Positions 40,958 to 54,381 of a DNA stretch of 64,000 bases are shown in pieces. Location: NCBI RefSeq assembly GCF_009914755.1, contig NC_060942.1; one strand, given 5' to 3'. Position 1 is the first letter of the stretch. Every line of letters begins with the position of its first letter. Both the position numbers and the translations under genes were made by a program. The notes under the pieces were generated by a model that was given only the letters and a program-made list of their open reading frames with translations, had not been told where the DNA came from and did no database searches. This stretch comes from the human T2T-CHM13v2.0 reference genome, Homo sapiens.

Positions 40958-41668
40958 ATGTTTATATGGACTTCAGAGGAGAGAATAAGTTGGCATTGAT
41001 CAGGAGAACTGTAAGGAAATTAATTGTTTAGGAGAGAAATGAGATGTGATGAAGGTGAGAAAGAGCGGATTGAAGCAGCATGAAGGTGATAGAAATGGCA
41101 GAGCTGTTGATCATTTAGTGAAGAGAACTGGGAAGGGATGCACCCAGGTTTCTGAGAGATGTCCAGTTGTACACAGGTAACGTCTACAGCTCAAGAGCCA
41201 GGTTAGCGATATGGATGAAATAAGTAAAATTTGAAACTTGAACCTATGGATACAGTTAAGGTCATATGATAAGATCATGACAAGATCATATTATAATGAA
41301 AAGTAGAGGGCCTAGAATCGGAGGAAAGGAATCTGGATACCAAGCAAAGGAGTTGAGCAAGAAAGGAAGGGGGCTCTGGACATCCTTGGAAGGCCGAAGA
41401 CGAAAGGGCTAAAAGTCGCCAACAAACAAAATGAGATAAGACCTGGGGCATATCTTTTGGCCATGGCAGTTAAAAAAGGAGTGGTGACCTTATCAGGAGG
41501 AATTTCAGAGAATGTTGGGGTGGACTTCTAACTGCAGTGGGGTCAGGAGAGAATCAAACGTGAAAAAAAGACAACACTCTGTGTATACACTTTTTATAAA
41601 GAAGCTTGATGGAGAATGGAAAAATGAAAAGGCAGAGTTTTATTTCCAAGGTATAAAAAATGAAGACT
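40958..41668 (-). mobile_element. L2-like ancient sequence between two L1PA segments
   Basis: Purine-rich motifs of antisense L2 (cccaggtttctg, ggtgacctt...atttcag.g...tggggtgga...actgcagtgggg.caggagagaat). Confidence 0.55.
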
Positions 41669-43860
<2,192 letters not shown>

Positions 43861-44389
43861 TATATAATCTGATACATTTGGATATATGTATATATACACG
43901 TACACACCTGTAAAAACAAACTAGATAGTGAACATATCCATCACACCAAAGTATCCCCTTCTCCTTTATACTGCCTCTCACCCACCTCTCTCTGCCCTCT
44001 CCTCAGTTCCATGTTCCATGCAACTATTGATCTACCGTATGTCACTATAGATCAGTTTGCATTTTCTTGAAATTTATGTAAGTAAAATCATATACAAAAG
44101 TAAAGAAAGTGTGTTTTTAAAAATATATAAGATATTGAGTATAATTATGAGATAAGACTTCAAAAAAGTGAAGAGGTTAAAGATGAAGGAGTGAAGGTAA
44201 ATATTTGCTTAACTAATGTAGTGAGTTAAGTAATGGATTCAATCACAGATGATTTAGTCCACTAGTTTACATATTTTACTCACCCAAGGTTAGAGTTTAC
44301 TATTTAGACACTTAACATTTCTTGGCTTACTGGACAATGTGAGTCACCTCTCCAGAAAAATTCATGGCATTGAATGGATACGTTAAAAA

Positions 44390-46184
44390 AGTAGAAACTT
44401 TGTTTTAAAAACTCTAAAATCAATCACCACAGCTTCTACTTTAGAATATCAGAAAAAGAAGAGTAAATTAAACCCAACTAAGCAAAACAAAATAAATAAT
44501 AAAAATGGGGGCAGAAATGAATGAAATCCAGAGAGAAAATCAATGAAAACAAAAGCTAGTTCTTTTAAAAGACCAATGAATTGATGAGACTGTACCCAGG
44601 CTAAGCAAAAAGAAAAGCCTAAATTACTAATATCAGAAATGAAAGTGGTGAAATGCTAAAAATCCCATGTACAGTAAAAAATCATAAAGGAATACTCAGG
44701 ACAGCTCTGTGCCCACAAATTTGATAAACTACATGACGTGGATCAATTTCTTGAAAGACACAATCCGCCAAAAGTCACACAACAGGAAATAGAACATTTG
44801 AATAGGCCTATATCTACTAAAAAAATTAATCAATAATTAATAGCCATCTAAAATAATTACCAGACCCAGATGGGCTCACTGGTAAATTCTAAAAACAAAT
44901 TAAGAAAACGTTTACTCCAATTCTCTAAATCTCTTTCAGAAGATAGAAGCAGAAGAACTACTTTCTAATTCATTCTATAGGGCTGGAATTACTCTGATAA
45001 CAAAACCAGACAAAGACATTAGAAGAAAAGAAACTTAAAGACCAATATCTTTCATTAGTATAGATGCAAAATCCTGAACAACATATTCACAAATGAAATC
45101 AAACTATGTGTAAAATAGTTGGATTATACATTGTGACTAAGTAAGATTGATTGCAGGTGTACAAGGCTAATTCAACATTTGAAAATCAAAGGAATCCGTC
45201 ATATCAACAGGTAAAAAACAGAAAAAATCCTCAAAAAATTGCTAGCAACTCCAATTCAACAACACATTAAACAGATCACTCACCACGATCAAGTGAGATT
45301 CACCCGGGTATGCAAGTATGATTCAATATACACAAATCAATAAATGCGATACATTGCATTAAAAGAACCAACAACAAAAACTGCACGATCATTTCAATAG
45401 ATGCCGAAAATGTATTCAGTAAAATCCTACATCTCTTTATGATAAAAATCCTTAACACATTGGGTATAGAAGGAATATACCTCAAAACAATAAAAACCAA
45501 AATGAAAAACCCACTGCTAATATCATACTGAACAGGGAAAAATTGAAAACCTTTCCTATAAGATCTGCAACAAGACAAGGATGCCCAGTTTCACCCCCTT
45601 TATTCAGTATCTGACTGGAAGTCCTGGCCGGGGCAATTAGGCAAGAAAAAGAAACAAAGGACACCCAAACTGGAAAGAAAGATGTAAAATTAGCTTTGCT
45701 CACCAATGGTATAATCTTATAATCGGAAAAACCAAAAGACTCCCCTCAAAAACTACTAGAACTAATAAATGAATCAGTAAAGTTGCAGAATACAAAATGG
45801 ATATAAAATATCCGTAAGATGTCTATACATCTACAGTGAACAGTCTGAAAAAGAAATCAAGAAAGAAATCCCACTTACAATAGCTATAAGAAATATGATG
45901 TATAAAATACCTAGTAATCAATTTAATTAAAAAAGTGAAAGACTTCTACAAGGACAACTATAAAACACTGATGAGAAAAACGTGAAGAACACACACAGAA
46001 AATGGACACATATTCATGCTCATAGGTTGGAATAATTAATGTTAAAAGTACAATGCTACCCAAACAATTTACAGATTGAATGCAATCCCTGTCAAAATAC
46101 CAATGTCATTCTTCACAGAAATAGAAAAAAAAAAAAACCCTATAATTTGTATGGAACCACGAAAAACCCCAAATAGCCAAAGCG
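44390..46184 (+). mobile_element. Older L1M ORF2 fragments (two overlapping pieces joined near 45225), ending abruptly at the HMSD promoter
   Basis: gatgcaaaatcctgaacaa-type segment recurs at ~45065 and ~45225; ends ...cccaaatagccaaagc with no 3' end. Confidence 0.85.
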
Positions 46185-46740
46185 CATTATCGCTTCTTGA
46201 CTGAAAACTCCCGGACAGTTGGGGCTTTTTCCTGCACAGAGATTGGCCACTTCCTGCACATCAGGAGATCCCCGCGGCCTGCGGGACCCGCCCCGCCCTC
46301 CTGCCCAGGCGCCCGCTAGGTGGTGCCTGGCTGGGCCCGACTCCGCCCGCCTCCCCATTCACTGGGAACTAACACCCGGCGCCGCTCAGACATCTCTATT
46401 CCCGCCTCTCCGACCCGGTCTCACTTCGCTCCTGGGCAGCTGCGCGGAGAACTGGGGTAGGTGTTTGACTTTGGGAGTGGTTCCCACACGCTGGATTCTC
46501 GTTACCTGCTCCTGAGCCCAGGAAAAGGGCGGGAACCTACGAAAGGGAAGCCCAGTGAAGTGCTCAGCGCACCTGTTGCTCCAGACCTTTCCCTGGGGCT
46601 GTCCTTCTTTACTCGGTCTCTGGCGGGGGCTCCCTAAGGGCAGGGACTTGGCTGCACTTGGCTGTGTGCCCTATGGGTCCAGGCGCGGGGAGGGGAGGCC
46701 AGGGCGAATGGGCGCGGAGCTGGGGGGTGAAAGTCCTGCC
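46185..46740 (+). promoter_or_regulatory. HMSD: HMSD CpG-rich promoter and non-coding exon 1 (ends at 46456)
   Basis: ETS core cacttcctg ~46248, tandem GC boxes cccgccccgccc ~46287, donor GGG|gtaggt at 46457. Confidence 0.8.
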
Positions 46741-47190
46741 TGGGCTCCACTCATCCTGCAGGAGCTGGAAGTAGGTACAATGAGGCCTCCCACCCTGGTG
46801 AAGTTTATGTTGGGCGCTGGAAGGGGCTGTGAGGCCTGGGACCTCCAGGAAAAACAACAGCAGCAGTATTTATTTGTCGGTACCGAAACTCGTATGCTCT
46901 CAGTATTCAGAATTTGTACTTGACATTCCTCCTCCTTTAAAAGAAACCAGGAGAGGCGTTGATAGTATGTTTTTGGACTGGAAAAAAATCAAAATGAGGA
47001 CGATACTGTTGCCAGAAAGCAAAAGTGTTGGGATAGTGTAAAAAGAAAGTAACCAATTTACAGAGATTCCCAGTAGACAAGTTGTGAGAATTTGCTCAAG
47101 AACAAAAACCAGTATGTGTTAATTGAAATACATGTTACAACAAAGCCAAGAAAGAGTCCTTTAGTAAATTCAGATAAAACAAGTAAAATG

Positions 47191-47470
47191 GGCCAGGCGC
47201 GGTGGCTCACGCTTGTAATCCCAGCACTTTGGGAGGCTGAGGGGGGCGGATCACGAGGTCAGGAGTTCGAGACCCAGCCTGGCCAATATGGTGAAACCCA
47301 GTCTCTACTAAAAATACAAAAATTAGCCGGGTGTCGTGACATGGGCCTGTAGTCCCAGCTACTCAGGGGGCTGAGGCAGAAGAATCGCTTGAACCTGGGA
47401 GGCAGAGGTTGCAGTGAGCCAAGATTGCACCACTGCACTCCAGCCTGAGGGACAAAGCGAGACTCTCTCT

Positions 47471-47502
<32 letters not shown>
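47191..47502 (+). mobile_element. AluS element with ~30-nt poly(A)
   Basis: Full dimer ggccaggcgcggtggctcacg...gagactctctctc(A)n. Confidence 0.96.
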
Positions 47503-47504
<2 letters not shown>

Positions 47505-48996
47505 TAAGATGAGTTTAAAGGAGGCAGGAAATAATTTCAATAATGTTTACAAGAAATGCTGTGTGATGATTCATATACGACTGCTGTGTAGGAATAGTGA
47601 CTATAGGCACCTAGGTTGACAGGCACAGTGGTTACAAAAACCAATCTGAAGGCCTAAATATTAAACCAGGAGACTTTGAAAGCCAACTTGTGGATAGAAC
47701 TCTGTGTTACGCAAATCAGATGCACGAGAACCTCAAATAGTATTTCATTTCAAGGAAAGGCATTTGGCAAAAAAAAAAAAAAAAGCAAATTTAATAGTTG
47801 TCTTTGCAAAATCCCAATGTAGGACCAAACTGCAAAATGGTCCTTACATTTGTTTGGCTTTAAAAAGCAGTATGACCTGAAAAGTAGCAGTGTCAGGTCA
47901 GTCAGAGCCCATGTCCCAACCATCAATCTGGCAGCCCCATCCTATTGTTTTTGTGAATAGGAGATGGTCTGTTATTAATTTAACCCCAGAAAAGTATTAA
48001 AATAAGCATTACCATCACCCTAGGAAATATAAAAAGATAGAGTGAAGATAAAGTGTATAAAACCCACAGTATTACTAGTGGGGTGCTAGAAATAAGTTTT
48101 ATAATCACTGTTGTACAGTTGTATTTTAAAACATGTTTGAAAGTCTTAGGAGAATCTAGTTTAACAGATTTATAAGTGTTGATTTATTCAGTTTATTATT
48201 GTACAAATGCTTATATTAATGATATAGTTGTTAATTTTGTAAGTTTGTTCTTTAAAGTGATTACATCTTTAAAACATCTGATACATTAAGCTTTATCATC
48301 AATGCTTAAATGTTTAAAATAACGTATTTGCTGTGTTAGCAGTGTGCTTTAAAGTTTAAGGAAAACAATTTGTTTACCAAATTAACAAGAAATTAATTGA
48401 TCATTGACTAAATAAGGTATAATAATAGAAAAAATTGTTCTCTGTTTATGAAAATTCTGCTTCGGGAATGAAAATCTTACAGACTAAATAAACCTGCACT
48501 CACCAGCAGGGGGGAAACTGTGGGAGATGAGAAATGGGAGTGATAGATTACTCATATGTGGTTGAGCATACGAAGAAATTACTGAAAGAGCTTGAGTGAT
48601 CTGTAGAATATTTGGTGGGAGGGGAATTTGCCATAGATTTTTAAAAAGTGAAAACAAGAAAAGAGGGGAAGGCAATAGTGACATAAGGAAAAACAGACGT
48701 GTAAAAAAAGCAATGCATCCATTATTGATTAATTGGCTTAGCAGCGAATACTATTTAGTTGCAATAAGGCAAACACTTGGAGAGAGGAAGTGAAGTACGG
48801 TAAGTGATAAAAGAAAATTAATCATCAGCCCTAAATTAGGAAGGCAATTTATAATGTCAAAAATTGTGGGGTTAAAAATAGTCATATACACAATTATTTC
48901 TAAATATGAAAGTAAATACCAAGAGAAAGGGTGCACTGAGGTTTGATTGTTTCTGGGGAGTTGGGAGTAGTGGGAAGACACTGGTTGATTTGTGTA

Positions 48997-49359
48997 ACAC
49001 CATGGAATACTATGCAGCCATAAAAAATGATGAGTTCATGTCCTTTGTAGGGACATGGATGAAATTGGAAATCATCATTCTCAGTAAACTATCGCAAGAA
49101 CAAAAAACCAAACACCGCATATTCTCACTCATAGGTGGGAATTGAACAATGAGATCACATGGACACAGGAAGGGGAATATCACACTCTGGGGACTGTGGT
49201 GGGGTGGGGGGAGGGGGGAGGGATAGCATTGGGAGATATACCTAATGCTAGATGACGAGTTAGTGGGTGCAGTGCACCAGCATGGCACATGTATACATAA
49301 CTAACCTGCACAATGTGCACATGTACCCTAAAACTTAAAGTATAATAAAAAAAAAAAAA
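48997..49359 (+). mobile_element. 5'-truncated young L1 (L1PA2-like) 3' end in HMSD intron 1
   Basis: ...gatgacGAGttagtgggtgc...aaacttAaagtataata(A)n. The GAG and A diagnostics exclude Ta and pre-Ta. Confidence 0.93.
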
Positions 49360-50424
49360 GATCTCGCCTAGTGTTATCTCACTTTTCAACTACATGCAAG
49401 TCCATTAATTTCATAAAAGCACAATGACCAAATGACACTGAAACAAATATAGGCACATTGTAGGGAAAATAGCAAAGGATATAAATAAAATTAGAATTAC
49501 TCATTATCCAGAAATATGTGATGTTCAGTGTTTCCCTGTAGTCTTTTTATCTATGAATTATACTTACATGTAACTTTATTCTTAATTTATACTTAATATT
49601 GTATTTTCTCATGGCATGACTGTAATTTTTAATATCTCCATTTATATTCAATCATGGATTTGACAGAATCTAACTGGTTCTCTGTTGCTGGGTATTTAAA
49701 TATTTTCTCTGTAGCATATAAAGTGCTTCAGTAGTCATCTTTCTGCATACTGTTTTTATCAGTACTTGTGAGCTTTATCTTTAGTGAAATTCTTTGAAAT
49801 GGAATTTTTCATCCTAAAGGTATAAATATTTTCATGGCATTTTCTTTTTCCTACCCTTCCACCCTCCCTGTGTTCCTTCCTCCATTTATAAAAACATAAT
49901 TCTAAGTTACATTCTGAAAATATTGGTGTCCCAATTTACATAATCACATATGGAATATAGGAGGGAATACCTATTTTACCAGTATTGGAAATCAATAGTT
50001 TTTCTCCTTACAAATTTCATGTTTTAAGCAAGTAACTTTCTTGCTTTCTGCTGCTGCTTTTGTTATAAGTCCTTATACCATGGTGATTAAGAGGAGCCCT
50101 GGAACCACAAAGACCTGGTTTCTAATGCCTACTTTTCTGTTTGTAGTTGAGTGATCTCAGGCACAACAGACTTAAACAGTGAAGGCTCAATTTCTTTGCT
50201 TGTAAAGTGCAGACATTCACTCACAGCACCTACCTCATCAGCTTGTATGGATTAAATGACATCTTGTAAGAAAAGCCCTAGTGTAGTTTTTGTGTGTGTA
50301 CCTATTTGTTCAATGAAAACAAGTATCCATTTAACTAGTAATAAATAGAGTGAAAAGTAAATACACATGTAAGCCTATATTAATGTAATATTGTTTAAAA
50401 ATCCATTGTTTCAGGCTCACCGTC

Positions 50425-50520
50425 ATGGATGCTCTATCAGAAGCAAATGGCACATTTGCATTAAACCTTTTGAAAAAGCTAGGGGAAAACAACTCAAACA
50501 ACTTATTTTTTTCCCCATGA
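50425..50520 (+). pseudogene. HMSD: HMSD ancestral serpin N-terminus, now a 31-aa upstream ORF ended by a frameshift
   Basis: Acceptor tttcag|g at 50414/50415. gtcATGg then [31 protein letters not shown], similar to SERPINB6/B8 N-termini. TCC CCA TGA stands where TCC CCC ATG is expected. Confidence 0.92.
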
Positions 50521-50588
50521 GCATATCATCAGCCTTGGCCATGGTTTTCATGGGGGCAAAGGGAAACACTGCAGCTCAGATGTCTCAG
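50517..50588 (+). CDS. HMSD: HMSD exon 2 coding part ([24 protein letters not shown])
   Basis: ATG at 50517; serpin helix-B motif; donor CAG|gtacat. Confidence 0.88.
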
Positions 50589-51468
50589 GTACATAAAGCC
50601 ACTTCAAGACAACAATAAGTGCTATCAATTTATCAGTTGAGCTGGACTTCTGCATTTCAAGTCTTGAAGAAATTCCTCCTTTAACAGACAACTCTGGTAG
50701 TCTCACAGGATGTGGATGGAGAATTGGCAGGATGGAGCATGTTTTCAAGGCCTGACCTTCTTGGTGACCTGGGGTCACTCATGTGGGTGCTTCTGCAGGC
50801 AACTGGGCTAGAAGGTCCAAGAAGATACCACTCCCATGTCTGGGCCTTGGTTCTGGCTAGTGGATGGGCCCTCAGTTCCCTAAAAGCAAGTCTTTCCATT
50901 CCTCCTTTTATGTGGTCTTTCCTCAGGATAGCTTGGGCTTCTCGACCACGGTAGCTGGGTTACAAGAGAGGGAAAGTGGAAGCTGCCAGACTTTTTAAGG
51001 GCTAAGCCTGGAACAGAGCCAGTTCTGCATTCTGCTGTTTAGAGCAAGTCACATGGCCAGCCCAGATTCTGAAGAAGGGGAGAGAGACTCCATCTTTTAG
51101 TGTCAGGAGCACCATGTGTATGCAGAGACAGGACACATGGTTGGCAGCTGCGTTTTTAGACCAAGTATCATAAATAGCACAAGAAATCCGAGTCATTTTG
51201 TTAGGGTTTGCAAAAGGCATATCCACTTATACCAATACTTAGATAACATTCGTTTCTTTTAGGATGTGCTTATAGGGAGGCCTGAGAAGAGGCATAGGTA
51301 GGCAGACAGGGTTGCTTTTGAGACACTCTCTATCTTTTATTAGATTGATCATCTTTTAAGCTGTAGTAAGCATCTGTAAATCTCATATTGCTGAGTTTAC
51401 TGTTGTGCCTATATTTTGAAGTCACAGAATACTGAGAATGTGTATGTTTATTATTATTTTATTTTCAG

Positions 51469-51618
51469 GCACTTTGTTTTAGTAAAATCGGAGGTGAAGA
51501 TGGAGATATTCATCGAGGTTTTCAGTCACTTCTTGTTGCAATTAACAGAACTGACACTGAATATGTGCTTAGAACTGCCAACGGGCTCTTTGGAGAAAAG
51601 TCTTATGATTTCCTCACA
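51469..51618 (+). CDS. HMSD: HMSD exon 3
   Basis: tttcag|GCA...ACA|gtaagt; 150 nt, [50 protein letters not shown]. Confidence 0.93.
51500..51618 (+). CDS. HMSD: HMSD-v alternative-frame ORF, first part (ACC-6 epitope [11 protein letters not shown] at 51500-51532); continues in exon 4 to TAA at 57258-57260, 53 aa in total
   Basis: aagATGg in the +1 frame: [40 protein letters not shown]|VLQIPVANSTKQR*. Confidence 0.88.
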
Positions 51619-52693
51619 GTAAGTCATACTTGTTTATTAGGAAAATAAAGATAGCAATGTGGTGGGAAGTAGGAGAATGAATATGGGCTATGAATTCCTG
51701 CAGGTGGTCCTGAACTCAGAACTCCACGCACGAATCTCACACGCATCTTGTGATTCAGTTTGATCATCTGTAGCACAGGCTATATAGCAAATACCGTTCA
51801 GAATTTTGTGAAGCTTTAATGAGATAATCTTCATAAAAGAACTGACACAGAGCGTAACACAGTTGAAAATGAATCAGCCAAAACAAAGATGTGGTGAAAA
51901 TGACTGTTTCTCATAATTGCTTTGCAGATATTTTTAATTTTCTATGCATGATGACACTATAATGTATGCATTAAATAGTTTGACTAGATGTTTCAGCAAT
52001 GAAAATCTTTTAAAACTAATTTTGGCTAATTACACTGGTTGCTTTCGCTGACAATGCTTTCATGACTTTTCTAGTTTTTGAAAAGAAAAGTACCGAAGTA
52101 ATTTCTTGTTATTTAAAAACACAAACAACACATATAAACCAAGAGATGTCATCAGCTTCTTTCTTATGCCACAACTCCCCTTTTTAACGTTAGAGCTTTC
52201 ATAGATTTGATGTTTCCTCCTTCACATATAAAAACTTTGCTTCATGAGTTTTTCTCCTATGTAATGTTATTGTACTATGCATATTGTTTTATACTTTGTT
52301 AGCTTTTCCTTAAAAATATGTCCTAAATTCCTTCCATCTCAGTATATGTGGATCTGTATTACTCTTTTTAACCCTTGTCTGGTATTCCTAAGTATGGCTG
52401 TACCATGGTATAATAGACCTTTCTTGCATTGACGAGTATTTAAGCTTATTTACTCTGGCCCATTACAGACAGGAGTATTTCTTTACACAGTTTTGTGCAT
52501 ATGTGTATGAGTTACTATCTAAAATGGATTTGTAGAAGGGAGGAAGGGAATGAAGCTTTGAGGTTTTCATAAATATTGCCAAATTGCTCTCCACAGTTTT
52601 GTAGCCATTTACATTCTACAGGGGGTATTTATAGGATCCTCAGTTCCACCCACCATCAGCAGAACTGCATAATGTTAACCTTTAAAACTTTTG

Positions 52694-54381
52694 GAAGGGT
52701 GGGGCCAAGATGGCCGACTAAAAGGAGCTCCTGATGCTGGCGTCACCGAGAGGAAACAAAAGGGGTAGTGAACACTGACCCTGAAAGCCGATCATCTGAG
52801 AAACCATGTCGAGATCCATCTAGGCAGCAGGGGAACACACAGAGCAGACAGGAATGAATCTGGGCACCAGCCTGTCTGGGATCAGTGCGGTCAGGAGGAC
52901 CCCTACAAAATGGGGAAGGATGAGTGAATGAGAGTTCCTAGTGGGATTCACACTGTCCACAGGGACCTATGCAAGATTGGGAATGGGAGAATCCTCCTGT
53001 CCCCACCGCATTTCCCCACTGTGCTTTTAGACTGGGGCAGAGTGCCACCTGGACGTTTTCCAGGGGTAATTCTGGAGTCCAGGGGGACCTCTACAAGCCT
53101 TGGGCCCTGTAGCAGACCAGCACCAAAGCCACAGCCCCAGTAGAGGCCACAGTTGTGGTTCCTGGGAGAAGTAAGATTGCTCTACGCCCTCCTAGGAAAT
53201 AACATTCTGGACACAGGATTTGGCAAATATTTTATGACAAAGATGCCAAAAGCAATTGCAACGGAAACAAAAATTGAGATATGGGACATAAGTAAGCTGA
53301 AAAGTTCTGCAGGGCAAAAGAAACTATCAACAGTGTAAACAGACAACCTATAGAAATGGAGAAAATATTTGCAAACTATGCCTCTGATAGAGGTCTAATA
53401 TCCAGAATCTATTAAAAAAAAAAAAAACTTAAATTTACAAGCAAAAACCAAACAACACAACTCCATTAAAAAGTGGCCAAAGGACATGGACAGACACTTT
53501 TCAAAAGATGACATATGCGTGGCCAACAAGCCTAGGAAAACATTGCCAACATCACTAATCATTAGAGAAATTCAAATCAAAACCATGATGAGATACCATC
53601 TCACACCATTCAGAATGGCTGTTATTAAAATGTCAAAAAACAGATGCTGGTGAAGCTGCACAGAAAAGAGAACACTTCCATGCGGCTGGTGGGAATGTAA
53701 ATTAGTTCAGCCACTGTGGAAAGGACTTTGGTGATTTCTCAAGAAAATTAAAAGAGAATTGCCATTTGACCCAGCAATCCCATTATTGAGTACATACCTG
53801 AAGGAATAGAAATCATTCTACCATAAAGACACATATGTTCATTGCAGCACTATTCACAATGGCAAAAACATGGAATCAACCTAAATGCCCATCAATAGTA
53901 GACTGGATTAAAAAAATGTGGTACATATACACCACGAAATACGATGCAGCCATAAAACAGAATGAGATCATGTCCTTTGCAGCCACAGAGATGGAACTGG
54001 AGGCTATTAATCATAAGCAAACTAATACGGGAGTAGGAAACCAAATACCACATGTTCTCACTTATAAGTTGGAGGTAAACATCCAGTACATATGGTCACA
54101 AGGAAAGGAATAACAGATATGGGGGCTTACTTGAGGGAGAAGGGTGTGGGGAGGGTGAGGATTGAACAACTACCTATCGGGTACTAGGCTTATTACATGG
54201 TTGATGAAATAATCTGTATACTAAACCCCTGAAACATGAAATTTGCCTATATAACAAACTTGCTTAGGTATCCGTGAACCTAAAATAAAGTTTTTAAAAA
54301 AGAATCTGAGATGGAATATTTACAACATATGCGATAGGGAAGGGTTAATACAAAACAAGAGAAGCAACAAAAAAAAAAATA
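52694..54381 (+). mobile_element. Internally deleted old L1 (5' UTR fused to the ORF2 end and 3' UTR) with 10-bp TSD AAAACTTTTG
   Basis: ggggccaagatggccgac start; junction ~53180; TSD at 52684-52693 and 54382-54391; inserted into an older antisense L1M. Confidence 0.9.

Noticed and set aside
39713-40999. Longest ORF (428 aa) as a functional gene or active L1
   Set aside because: It is an L1 ORF2 fragment that lacks the true N-terminus and the RT domain. The ORF1 start is mutated and ORF2 has an early stop.
50391-50618. 75-aa ORF as the HMSD N-terminus
   Set aside because: It starts at an intronic TTG, and its first half is the out-of-frame reading of the ancestral exon. Only 50517-50588 is in the serpin frame.
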